64,000 nt of DNA. It comes from Gracilinanus agilis (taxonomy: Eukaryota). A program made the position numbers and the translations under genes. The stretch spans positions 275,501,126 through 275,565,125 of the forward strand of contig NC_058135.1 of the NCBI RefSeq assembly GCF_016433145.1. The letters run 5' to 3'. Shown one piece after another: positions 46,379 to 58,241 of the stretch; position 1 is the first letter of the stretch; each line of letters begins with the position of its first letter. The notes beneath the pieces were generated by a model. It saw only the letters and a list, made by a program, of their open reading frames with translations, ran no database searches and was not told the origin of the DNA.

Positions 46379-47379
46379 GCTTCTTCAATCCAGGCAAATG
46401 GAACATCAAGTTCCTTGTGGTTCTTAAAGAGCAAACTAAATGAATATTAGAGATGAATAGAAATATGATGGGAGCCATAAAAAAGATTTTTCTTGTACAA
46501 CTGTTAAAGTCATATTCCTTCAGGAACATCTTTATCTGTTACACTTTGTTATGCTGACTTAATACCAGAAAAGGCAAGCAAGTTCAGATGTACTTGACAC
46601 TTTAAATAATCTCTAATCAGTCTCCAAAATTTATGGGCATATCCCTAAGAAATTTAGTTTTAATGTCAACTAAAAGGCAACCTCTCACTATCAACCTTCC
46701 CTCAATGAAGCTCATAATTTAATCATGCATTTAGTTACAGATACTTGTCACTACTTGATCCTATTTAAGAGGAAGGATGGAAAACCAGGAAAATTGTAAG
46801 CTAACTTTGACAGTTATGGTATTCAATCCAGGTAAATGAAATGTCAAGTTCCTTGTGGTTCTTAGAGAGCAAACTAAATTTTATCCCCCAGTTTTTCCTC
46901 TATCTGTGTTGCTCTCTAATTATTGGCCACAAATTATAAGGTGACAATAGCAAATAATGCTACATAAATTGAAGTGCCAGAAAATTATCAATATAAAGTG
47001 AATGAGCACTTTAATTTTAGCACTTGTGAATTTAAGGACTTGTTTGGGTGACTTAATTATCCATGAAAACTATTTTTAGGATGTTGGAAATAATTATTTA
47101 TTTTATTGTAGTTTATTCAGGTAATAACTTTGGTTTTCTCATATTGAATAAAGTCAGTTACTTAAAGGTAGAACTTTAAATATATAATAGTTTATGTTTG
47201 TTAACATAGACACTTTCATTCTTGCTAGTAAGGGGGAAAGCTATTCCTCAGACTTTTAATAAAAATTATAAAAGGTAGGAAGCCTGTAAGGAAGGAGAGT
47301 AAGAGATAGATTTCTGAAGTAAATGAGACAGAAATGAAACATGGATCCCTAAGTTCAATAATTAATTTCATTATCTAAT

Positions 47380-48303
47380 TCATGTAGGTAATAATTTTCT
47401 CAGTGCCACAATGACATCCTTATTCCTCAGGCTATAAATAATGGGGTTAACTAGTGGGGTCATGGTTGTATACAAAAGTGAGAGCACCCTCTCAGTTACT
47501 GCTGAATGACTGGTCTTTGTTCGCAAATGGGTCAGGATTGCTGTTACAAAGAATAAACTGACAACTGTGAGGTGGGAGGAACATGTTGAGAAAGCTTTAG
47601 ACCTTCCTGTGGCTGATGGCATCTTCATGATAGTAGTGATGATTCTCATATAGGAATTGAGTATCCATATAAAGGGAATCATTCCAAAAAACACAACATC
47701 AGCATAGACAGAAAGTTCATTCATAGATGTGTCTCCGCAAGCCACTTGAAGTACTGGGTAAATATCACAAAAAACATGATTAAGTTTTACAGAGTCACAG
47801 AAGGGCATAGAGAAAATCTGGTATGTCAGTCCTATCACAACTGGGATTCCAAGAATCCAGGAACCAACCACAAATCCAATACATACATGATGTCTCATGA
47901 TGAGAAAATAGTACAAAGGCTTACAGATAGCTACATAGCGGTCATATGCCATCACAGCTAGAAGGAAACATTCTGTGACTCCAAGAATAAGAAAAAAGCA
48001 AAGTTGTACAGCACAAGCCCATAAGGAAATATTTCCATTGTGGGTCCATAGGTCTGTCAGCATTCTGGGAACAGTGACTGATGCATAACATATTTCTAAG
48101 AAAGAAAAATTGCCAAGAAAATAGTACATAGGTGTTTGGAGAGATGGATCTGTTTTTGTTATTATAATGATAAGGCCATTTCCTATCAGGATGCTCAAGT
48201 ATATGACTAAGAAAATTCCAAATAGAAACCCTTGTAGGTTGGGAAGGTCAGAAAATCCAAGGAGAATAAACTCTACCACCATGGTGAAATTTTTTCCTTC
48301 CAT
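47380..48303 (-). CDS. OR10AG1-like: Olfactory receptor, OR10AG-subfamily-like, intact, 307 aa
   Basis: ATG at 48303, NFT glycosylation site, LQTPMYYFL, MAYDRYVAICKPL, KAFSTCSSHL and PLVNPIIYSLRNKD, no stops. Confidence 0.96.
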   Translation of the reverse strand: MEGKNFTMVVEFILLGFSDLPNLQGFLFGIFLVIYLSILIGNGLIIIITKTDPSLQTPMYYFLGNFSFLEICYASVTVPRMLTDLWTHNGNISLWACAVQLCFFLILGVTECFLLAVMAYDRYVAICKPLYYFLIMRHHVCIGFVVGSWILGIPVVIGLTYQIFSMPFCDSVKLNHVFCDIYPVLQVACGDTSMNELSVYADVVFFGMIPFIWILNSYMRIITTIMKMPSATGRSKAFSTCSSHLTVVSLFFVTAILTHLRTKTSHSAVTERVLSLLYTTMTPLVNPIIYSLRNKDVIVALRKLLPT

Positions 48304-49579
48304 TTTTTTTCACATATTTCATTTGCAGAAATAATTCAAGGCAGGAAAGTCTCTTTCCTTCACTAGGCAGAGAGTTTGTTTCTATATAAAATGAGAATGT
48401 TGAACCTCCTGATTTTTAAATACTTTTGCATCTAATCTTCCATGTTTTAGGCTACCCTCTGGTTCCAGGGTTAAGTGCATAAGCTCTTCTCTGACTCCAG
48501 TATTATATATCTTAAGAGTAGAAACTTAGAGACAAGCTCTTTTCAAACTTCTAGGAAACATTGTCCAGAGAGCATATTTTCCCATATTGATTGTACTTAA
48601 TTTGTAAAGTTGCCAAAGTCAGTAACTTAATACCCCTGTGTTAAATATTTAATTCTTGACTTTCAAACAGAGGATCAAAGATACTTACTGAAATGCCATC
48701 TCAAAAATTTTTGAACAAAAACACCTGGGGTGATATAGTCACTCAGATATCCTGATCACCACTGGGAAAAGGAGGTCACTAGGCCAGAGACATATATAAA
48801 TATATAGAGAAAATATGTGATCATGGAATGTGTCAAGAAGAGCAATTTATGACTGTGATGCTCCAAAGTTGGTGATGGATTAGCACTCTTCCCACTTGTC
48901 TTGGTCTTAATATCTTCACCAGATACCACCGTACTGCTCACTGCTGTGCATGCCTTGTCTGCAGTCACCAATGTTTTGTAATTCTAGTTAGACTGAAATC
49001 TTCAGTGACATTGAGATATGTAGATATTCTTTTATTCTTAGTACACACATTATCTCCCTTGATAGAGAAAACTGAAACAAAAGAGCATGAATAACTTATT
49101 CAACCTCTCCATTATGGTTTACTACCTTATTCGCCTATATTGTTGGTTATCTATATTTATATAGATATAGATACATCTTCCTGATCTTCTTTCAACAGTA
49201 TAGATTTAATATCAATTTTGTTGCCTTTTCCCTTTCTCAGCAGATTTAGATCATTCAGAATTATAGGACATTTCATACAATTCATATTGGATTGTACTCT
49301 CATTTCCTTCTATTAATTTATTTTGCTTACATTTCCTATTTAAAAGAAAAAATAAACTAAAAAAAATGTTTTCCACTAAGTTGGTTTTTGAGTACCTAGC
49401 TACCCATTTTATTCAAATAAGAATAAAATAAGAAACACCTTTAGAGCTAAAAGGGATTTCAGGAGCCATTTAACACAATTGGAACCTCTGGATAAAATTA
49501 AGCACTACAACATCTGAGACATGTATCCATCTAACTACTGCTAATGGACTACCAAAAATGGCAGTAGATAGAATGCTAT

Positions 49580-49790
49580 TCCAGGTCTAGTGTCTGGAAT
49601 TCCTGAGTTGATATCAGATCACCGATATTAGTCATTTAAACCTATTTATTAATTTAAACATCACTTCATTTTCCTCATTAGTAAAATGATAATAAAACCC
49701 ATCCCAGGGTTTTTGCAAAGATAAAATAGGGTTACATTTAAAAAGCACATTGCAAACCTTAAAATAATATGTAAATGCTGCTACTGAGGA
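49580..49790 (+). mobile_element. MIR
   Basis: cttcattttcctcattagtaaaatgataata core and gcacattgcaaaccttaaaataatatgtaaatgct tail. Confidence 0.6.
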
Positions 49791-49825
49791 TGAGAATGAT
49801 AATTACCTTAAGAAGCATCATGCTA

Positions 49826-49953
49826 ATCCTACCTCAGACACTTCCCAGCTGTGTGACCCTGGGCAGGTTACTTGAACCCCACTGACCACCCTTACCACTC
49901 TTCCACCTAGGAGCCAATAAACAGAAGTTAAGGGTTTAAAAAATAAATATAAA
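49826..49953 (+). mobile_element. 5'-truncated SINE1_Mdo-like SINE (starts inside the B box)
   Basis: Perfect 16-bp TSD aagaagcatcatgcta at 49810-49825 and 49954-49969. Confidence 0.92.
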
Positions 49954-51133
49954 AAGAAGCATCATGCTATTTTTGTATGTCTAATAGGAAAGTTTTCTTT
50001 GGTTATGTTTTATTTTCCATTTGCATCCATGCAATTATTGCTTCTACTCTCAATATGCCCAGATTCCCCCTTTCACTAAGTTTAGAAGTTTTTTGGTTGT
50101 TTCTCCCAAAACTAACCATCTATTTTTTTACAAAGTAAACATTTTACCTTTTTGATAAAAATCAAATCCAGAATAAAATTTCTCCTACACAATTCCTTTG
50201 CCTTTGAAGGATAAAAATATTAAAACAAGTGAAGGAATCAATAGCTTATATTTCTTTGAAACTATCAGAGATCCATCAAATGTTCAGATAACTAAAGTGC
50301 CATCTAATCAATAGATTTTATATTATGAAGTTGTAATTGTTTCCACAAACATCAATTATTTTGATTAGACAGGAATCTCTTCTGATTGAAGGCAGGACAG
50401 AAAAAAATGCCCTTATATATCAAGATATTTCAAAATGCTAAACATTGATTAGCAAATAAGTAGTCAAATATATGTATACATATAATATTTCCCAATGAAC
50501 ATTCTATACATTGTGTATACAAAGGGAGAGAAAAGGAGAGAGGAAGACTATATATCTAAAGATGCTATTATGCCCCAAGATATGAGTAAGTCATAGAGAC
50601 AAAGAAAAGATTTTATGAACTCATTCAAACTAAATAAAGAGAGTAGAGGGAATGATATATACCAATTATTATTATTATTATTATTATTATTAAAATACTT
50701 CTAAGAAATTAATTCAATTGTAATACAAGACTAATTATACTGAACAACAATGTCTCAGGATGACAAATGATAGCACAGAATTTAATCATGGTAAAAATAA
50801 ATATGTCTGGCTGTATGTAAGAAAGACTGTATAAAGATACTCTTTAAATCATATACAAACATGCACTCACATTTGTAAATTGGATTCCCATAATAAAATT
50901 ATTAACTTCATACTTTCATGAGACAAGGAAACTCTAAGACTTATTTTTTTCTAGTTTTATTGTTCTTGTTTGTGTTCCATCACATTGAGATTTTCATGTC
51001 CTAAACAGTGTGATTTCTTCTACTAATAATATACTATCTACTCTAATTCATCTGCCAAATTAATTGGTTTTGAAAAAATACAATGAATAAGGTTTTTACT
51101 ATGAACATTTGGTTTAAAAATCCTCAAAACACC

Positions 51134-51139
<6 letters not shown>

Positions 51140-51173
<34 letters not shown>
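51140..51173. repeat. (TA)n microsatellite
   Basis: Read directly. Confidence 0.9.
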
Positions 51174-51174
<1 letters not shown>

Positions 51175-52764
51175 CCAAAGGGAAAATGGGGTCAATAAGA
51201 AAGAATATATAATGGGAAAATAGATTAAACATCCTGGTTGCTGGAAATCTGTACCTCCCACCTCCCAGAACATTATTGTATAGTCTCCTTTAATTGTATT
51301 GTTAATGTATTGTTAGAGTCATTATACATACTGGCATGTGGCTTTTCTTATTCATGTCTAGTTTGCTTTAGGCTCCTGAAGCCAGCTCATCCAATAATTA
51401 CTTCCACATGTCAGTGGAAGGTTCAAAATCCTCCACAGTCTTAAATCTCTGAAATTGATTATGTTTCCAATACACTGCATTATTTCTCTTTCACTAAATA
51501 ACTATTGACCTTCTATGTCTTCATCTAGCCTTTACACTTTATGTGAAGGCTTTTAATTATTAATAATGACTTCCTACAAATATGGATATCAGCATTAAAA
51601 TTCTTTGCATCAGCAAAATTCTTTATAATTTTCCAAGTACTTTCTTAAGCATGATTTTCCTTTATGTATGTTGTTTCTAAACTGGAAATTACCATTATGA
51701 AAATGAACCCAGCTGATGCCAAAGCAGATAATAGGATTTGTATATAATAGAGAACTTAGATTAGATGTTACCAACTCACATATACTTCTCAATTTATAGA
51801 AATTGAAGATGACACAATAAATTAGTTCATACTTACTTTTCTTGGATGGGCCAAAATTATATCCAACTGCTTCTTGCATTGATGAAGATATTGGCAATGA
51901 TTTATATGTATAAAACCTGAATTTACTTAATACTTAAAGTATATAAAGCTCTTTACATAAATGAATTAATCTCACTTTCATTACAGCCCCATTAATTTAA
52001 GGGCTCCAAAAGTCATACCAATTTTACCAATGAGAAATATTCAGATCAATAAAATCAATAATTCTAATGAAATCATGTTATTTTTAAGTTAAATGACTTT
52101 ACTGATGTGCCTGTGTAGCAAGTTTCAGATGTATAATTCAATTCCAGAGCCCTGCTGATTCGCAGAGCACTGAGTTTTTTCACTGTAACATAGCTCACTT
52201 TATTAAGCTTTATACTTTCTTTGACTCTATATTCATCCAGTTTCACTTGATCAAACCTTGCAACAGTGAGCACCCTCTGATTTCAAAATAGAGATCTTTA
52301 AATAGAAAAGTTCTTTGCCCTGTTTATCTCTGTAGGGACACCTCTTTTTCCATATCAATTTTCAAAACAAAAATTAAATGTGAAATTAGGGCTTCTGGCA
52401 CCAAGTCTAGGGCATCCATAGTCTAGGTTAGCAAAAATAGAGTAAGGAAGCTATATATGGAACTACTATCCCCCAGTTAGGAGTCAAGGGACCATGACTG
52501 CAATCTTGGTCTGCCATAGGAGCAATCCATATGCTGGCATTTTTTTTAAATGAAACATACTAAAAAGTAGCTACTGTGTTCACTTTTATATAACATGGTA
52601 ATAATGAGATTCATGATCATCTCTTCAGGATTCTTTAGGGAAAATTAATTTATGGAAGTTCAAGAATACTAGCTTTTTTATTTGTAATAGCAATAATGAA
52701 TATCGTCACCTATCTGACCTATGTTTTTTTTTCTTTTATGGCGTCTCCATGGCAAATAGGATCT

Positions 52765-52975
52765 AATAAGACCTTTTCTTTAGATGATGAAAAATATTTG
52801 AGTTGGAGTAGTAAGGCAGGGGCATTGGCTCATAAAATAGACTTTTTGGTAATAGTACTGGTGGTTAGTGTAAGATTACCCTTCCATCTGACTATGATAA
52901 AAGGACATATGTGGAAGTGTAAAATCTATTAAATTATCCAGAAATTTCTATATAAATCTAAGCTCTGATATTAAT
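52765..52975 (-). mobile_element. L3/CR1 LINE fragment
   Basis: tagatgatgaaaa...ttggagtagtaaggcagggg...gtaagattacccttc...aaattatccagaaatt...gctctgatatt resembles L3 ORF2 in reverse (from recall). Confidence 0.5.
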
Positions 52976-54129
52976 GGCTTCTCTCATCCTTGTCAAATAA
53001 TTCCTCATTTTCAAACTTAGTCTGTAATTCCCTGAAATGAGAATATTAGAATGTATCATATCAGTGATCCTTTCCAAATGCCACAATCCACAATTCCTTA
53101 AGTGTAAACTTGGCACACAGAACATACAAGATAAGTATTCCAAAATGACTTGAACTGTTGTAATCATGTTCCTTTCCTAGGAGCATGTTGAACTGTTATA
53201 TTCTATTATATACTTTATTCCTATATGTGTATCTATATATACTATATTCTTATTTAAGATTCAGGATATGGTTTACCATGTTTTATATACCAGAGTTGAA
53301 TGGGGATTGGTCTGGTATCTTTATCTGTGTTTGTATGTATGTGTCGACCTTTCTCAAAGGCTTACCCTCTTAAAGGTTTACATGAATCCTTTTAACATAG
53401 CTACTTATTAATTGTTCTGGGTTAGAAATGAAAGAGAAATAATGTCCTTTTGCAAATATCTAAGAATCATAAAGATGTAATTTTCTTTTCTTATTTAATG
53501 CAAATACTGTTTAGGGGAAAATAATAATGTTAGTGGGGGTGGGGGGAGATGAAGTAATATAAATAAATTTGAAGGTGTGAGGCAGGGGTGGGGGTTTATT
53601 AGAAAAAAGTGTGAAGGTTCTAATAAGCAGACATGAATATTTCCAGACTTCATCCTGGACCTATGAGTTAGAAGCAATGGATAAAGGAATACCCTATAAA
53701 AAAGGACTTAAAAAGTAAAATATGTCTTTATGAGTATGCCAGGATTCTATTAAAGTAAAAAGGAGGAAAGGATGCTAATCAAGAAGATTAGAAATAGACG
53801 TACAAGCAGGCTATCTAGTATATGGATGTTTCTGAAGGAACAAACAAAAAAATTGTTTAAGCAAGATACAACGAGATCAAGGTACTTCTAGCTCAGAGAT
53901 GAAACAAGACCAGGAAGTATCAGTAACAAAGTAGATAATGGAGATGCAAGTATTAAACAAAATCTCTCCAGGCTACAGCTTGAGCTACAGTAATATAAAT
54001 AAGGAAAATTTCCATTAGGAAAATGTAAATTCTTGAATGTAGGTACATATATACCACTTTAAATTAAAACAAGAGAGGAATATAACAACTAAATGGCACA
54101 TAATGAGACAACAATAATAGTGAACAATT

Positions 54130-54260
54130 ATATAGTCAATACTATGTGCCAGAAATTGTTCCAAGTACTTTAAAAATATGATTCCATCTGACTTTCACAA
54201 CAATCCTGGGAAGTATGTACTATTATGATTATTTTATAAATGAGGGAACTGAAGCCTTGT
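54130..54260 (-). mobile_element. MIR fragment
   Basis: actatgtgccag...tcacaacaatcctgggaag...ttttataaatgagggaactga. Confidence 0.6.
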
Positions 54261-55914
54261 ACACTGTGTAAGCACTCAAGATAAATTATGCATATTGCGT
54301 TTTGGATTATTTTAAATTCCTTTGAAACTGAAGTAAATGTGGCTTTGCAAGTGGACAGTACTGTGACTTTATTGAAGTCCTCTTTTTAATGGAGTCTTAA
54401 AAGCCTCCCTTCCAATAATAACTGAGGGTAGAATTAAAGATTTTTTTGCCTCCCATGATGCAAATATACACATTAAACCTCTCATTGTGAGGTGCTAAGA
54501 AATAGAATATTAATTAAATATTCTTTCTCCAGGATATGCATTTCTAAGACAATGCCCTTTGCCAGTAGTCTATATATCTGAACCTTCAAAATTGGGGATA
54601 CTCCTAAACTATGCCAAAGATTGTTACTATCCAATAAATCTACCTCTCTTTCCAGGAGACCAGATTCTCAGGTTACACTACATAGAAAATTTTACTCATC
54701 TAACTAGGATTTTAATGATCAAGAATGCTATTGTACAAGAACTTCTTTCTTAGGCCAATAGTATAATAAGCCCATCTTGATCCTGTTTATTTCTCCATGA
54801 TAACCATTTCAATGATTACTACTACCATAAGTGGCAAATACTCAGAGTAGTCAATGTTTTTTCTGGTCTCTCGCTTGTTCTCATAATAAGAAAAAGATGA
54901 AAGGAAACCAAAAACATCTCAGACCTTATGGATTTGAATGACAAAAACACCTCCAATGTACTTCAATTCTAAAGGTCAATAATTGTATATGAGGAATACA
55001 GGAAGGTAGAGAACTAATTCCCACCACCTCCTATATCTTCAATATCTCCAGAATAAATATAGGAGGAGAGAAGTGGGGAATCCATAAATAGCTGAATATT
55101 ACTGTCGGTTTGTAGATGATTTTGAAGGATAATCAAAAGTGTCACTCAAATATAGTACATCTTCCCAAGTTTCTGAGCCAAATTATTATTATTAGAACAA
55201 CTCTGATGGTCAAAAATCAACCAAAAATTTTTCTCCATTCTTTTCTTAAAAATGTTTTTAAGCTCCCACTTTGTGCCAGGCACTGTGCTTATGCTCTATA
55301 AATATCACATTTAATCTCCTAATTAGTTTGTTCTATTAACTAGGCATGAATGTGGAAGATTACACTGCATATAAAGCAAGATAAAGGCAGTAAATGATTA
55401 TAAATAATGGTTCACTCCTGATTTCAGATCATGAAGTACACATTTCCATTGCCCTAATTTTTTCACTATTAAGTATTTTGTTATCCACCAAATCAATTAT
55501 GTATTCCTTTGAATAATATCCACATGCTAGATTTTGTATTGTTCTCCAAGGAAATGGGTAGACACTGTTATTGGGAAGTTCACTTAAGGCAGAAGAATAA
55601 AAAAAATACTGATTTAGATGTGAAAGGTACCTTTGAAACTATTATGTAGTCTTTGTTTCAAGATTTTTCAAATACATTTAATGGAATCCCAGAATTCTCC
55701 ATTATGAACACAAAAGAGGTATCCTCAAGACATAATTCACAACTCTTTATGAATTCAGGTCTCTGAAACATATTGTCACAAGGGCTTAGGCTTACCCACA
55801 ATATATAATGTTAACATTCACCAAAAACAATTACAAAGTATTTTATTTTCAGTTTTAACATGGAAATTGCAAAGATATCTGAGAACTTAATAATGTAAAC
55901 AACAATGTAAGCAA

Positions 55915-56100
55915 ATGGCTGGACCTGGATTTAGGAAGACCTGAATTCAAAACAGTCCTCAGACACTTAGTGAATATGTGGGCAGTTCACTAAGTCCTTA
56001 TTTGCTTGTGTTTCCTTGATGGTAAAATGTACATAATAATAATACTTATCTTTAAGGTTTACTGTGAAAAATTAAATGAAATAATATTTGTAAAACACTT
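55915..56100 (+). mobile_element. MIR
   Basis: aggaagacctgaattcaaa...ctcagacactt head and tgtgaaaattaaatgaaataatatttgtaaaacactt tail. Confidence 0.65.
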
Positions 56101-56789
56101 GGAAGAGTTCCTATTACACTAGAAAATTAATGTCCTTACTAAAGAAAAAGTAAAAAGAAATGAAATTCCCTAAGTGATACAGCAGCCAAGTGATATAAAG
56201 CAAACTTAGGAGGAATTTTAACAAATCATATAGTATCTGGGAGTAAAGATGTTGCTTGAGCAAACCACTAAAATATATTTGTGGAGTGAAATATTTTTTT
56301 CTTCTAAATTTTACTGACAAAGCATGAAAAAGTAAGTATACCAAAGATGCTAACAATAAGAATATCAGATAAATTTCTGAAATATGTGGAACTCCACACC
56401 AGAAATTAGACATTTATCATCAACGTCAATTCAAACTCTATCAATTTTTCCTGAATAAACCCCTTGAACTTAATCACACAATGATTTGAAATTGCCATTT
56501 AATAACTTGATCCTACTAAAAAGGAAGTCTTGAGTATTGGGTAAATCTAATGTATTCTCCAGTACTTATGTTGTCCTTCTTTCCTGTTAAGTGGAAATAA
56601 TGTGAACTACCTGTGGTAATTTGTGAAAAGACAAAATATTGCCATCCAGTTTTTCCTCTCTCTGAATTGCCATGGAATTTTCAAGTTTACAAAATATGGA
56701 GTAACTGGACTAATGCATATTACAACAATAAAAAAGGCATCATTTGAAATAGACTTTATTTAAAATAAAGGTTGAATGATCAAACTTTC

Positions 56790-56965
56790 TTTTTTAAATT
56801 ATAAAGATATTTTATTTTACTAATTGCATGTAATCACAAATTTCCACATAACTTTTATAAAGTTATATGATCCAAAATACCTCTCTCCCTCCCTTCCTTC
56901 CCTGCTCTTGGAGTTGGCAAGCAATTCAATCTTAGTTATGCATGCAAAACATACATATTTCTGTA
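56790..56965 (-). mobile_element. L1 3' terminal fragment
   Basis: tattttattttactaattgcatgtaatcacaaatttccacata...ctctctccctcccttccttccc...gcaagcaattcaatct, the same type as the 9476 L1 end. Confidence 0.7.
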
Positions 56966-57317
56966 CTGATACAATCAAACCTTTGATTTTTTTAATAGTC
57001 TAAGTTTTTAAAAGGTCATAAATAATTCACAACATCTGGGTAGATTATTCAAGTAATGACAATGGTTTTCCATCTGGCACTGAGAAAAATACTTTACTAA
57101 ATAGAGACATTTAAATATGCAATAAAATATCTTCTCTGGTGGCAAACAGACACTATCGTTTTAAGAAAAAGGAAAGGGTATTTGGAATGCTTTTTTTTAG
57201 GAATGCTAAAGGTTTAAAATATTGGTAAAAGGAGGGAAAGATAAGAAGTTTTGAATAAAAGTAAGACTAATGGAAAGAAGCTTGACAATAAATTCAACAA
57301 TTCATTTCATTATCCTA

Positions 57318-58241
57318 TTATTTAATTAATAATTTCCTCAATGCCAAAATGACATCTTTGTTTCTCAGGCTATAAATCATGGGGTTAACCAGTGGGGTCA
57401 CAGTGGTATAGAAAATAGAAAGCACCCTCTCGGTGACTATGGAATGGCTGGACTTGGTTTGCAAATGTGTCATGATTGCAGTTATGAAGAATAAGCTGAC
57501 AACAGCAAGGTGGGAGGAACAAGTTGAGAATGCTTTGGACCGTCCCACCTTTGAGGGGAACTTTAATATGGTTGTGATGATTCTGATGTAAGAATTAAGT
57601 ATTAGTATGAAGGGAATTATGGCAAAAAGGACAACATCAGCATAGACAGAAAGCTCACTCATTGAGGTATCTCCACAAGACACCTGCAGTACTGGATAAA
57701 CATCACAGAAAACCTGATTGATTTTAGTAGGGACACAAAAGGGCATAGAAAAAATCTGATATATTAGTCCGATCACAACTGGGATGCCAGTGATCCAGGA
57801 TCCTACCACAAGTCCAATACACACCTGGTGTCTCATGATGACAAGATAGTACAGAGGCTTACAAATGGCCACATAACGGTCATATGCCATCACTGCCAGA
57901 AGGAAGCATTCAGTTATTCCAAAAATCAGAAAGAAGCAAAGTTGTGAGGCACAGGCCAACAGAGATATATTGCCATTGTGAGTCCAGAGATCTATCAGCA
58001 TTCTTGGAAGAGTGACTGTTGCATAACATATTTCCAAGAAAGAAAAATTCCCAAGGAAAAAGTACATTGGGGTTTGGAGGGAAGGATCTGCCTTAGTAAT
58101 TAAAATTATGAGACCATTTCCTATAAGAATACTCAAATACATGACTAAAAAAATCCCAAACAGAAACTCTTGAAGATTAGGAAGGTCAGAAAATCCTAGG
58201 AGGTGAAAGTCCACTTCAACAGTCAGATTTCCTCTATCCAT
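57318..58241 (-). CDS. OR10AG1-like: Olfactory receptor, OR10AG-subfamily-like, intact, 307 aa
   Basis: ATG at 58241, NLT glycosylation site, LQTPMYFFL, MAYDRYVAICKPL, KAFSTCSSHL and PLVNPMIYSLRNKD. About 82% identical to the 47380-48303 protein by manual alignment. Confidence 0.96.
   Translation of the reverse strand: MDRGNLTVEVDFHLLGFSDLPNLQEFLFGIFLVMYLSILIGNGLIILITKADPSLQTPMYFFLGNFSFLEICYATVTLPRMLIDLWTHNGNISLLACASQLCFFLIFGITECFLLAVMAYDRYVAICKPLYYLVIMRHQVCIGLVVGSWITGIPVVIGLIYQIFSMPFCVPTKINQVFCDVYPVLQVSCGDTSMSELSVYADVVLFAIIPFILILNSYIRIITTILKFPSKVGRSKAFSTCSSHLAVVSLFFITAIMTHLQTKSSHSIVTERVLSIFYTTVTPLVNPMIYSLRNKDVILALRKLLIK

Noticed and set aside
46216-46529. Four ORFs with SSLLF or RREEK repeats
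   Set aside because: They are translations of the (CTTCT)n microsatellite.
48756-48971. 71-aa ORF upstream of the 47380 OR, considered as a retrocopy or coding first exon
   Set aside because: Non-ATG start, no recognisable homology, and no TSD or A-tail.
54382-54392. CTTTTTAATGG, close to the OR-enhancer homeodomain core CTTTTTAATGA
   Set aside because: It has a mismatch at the final base, AT-rich background makes near-matches common, and I saw no adjacent O/E site.
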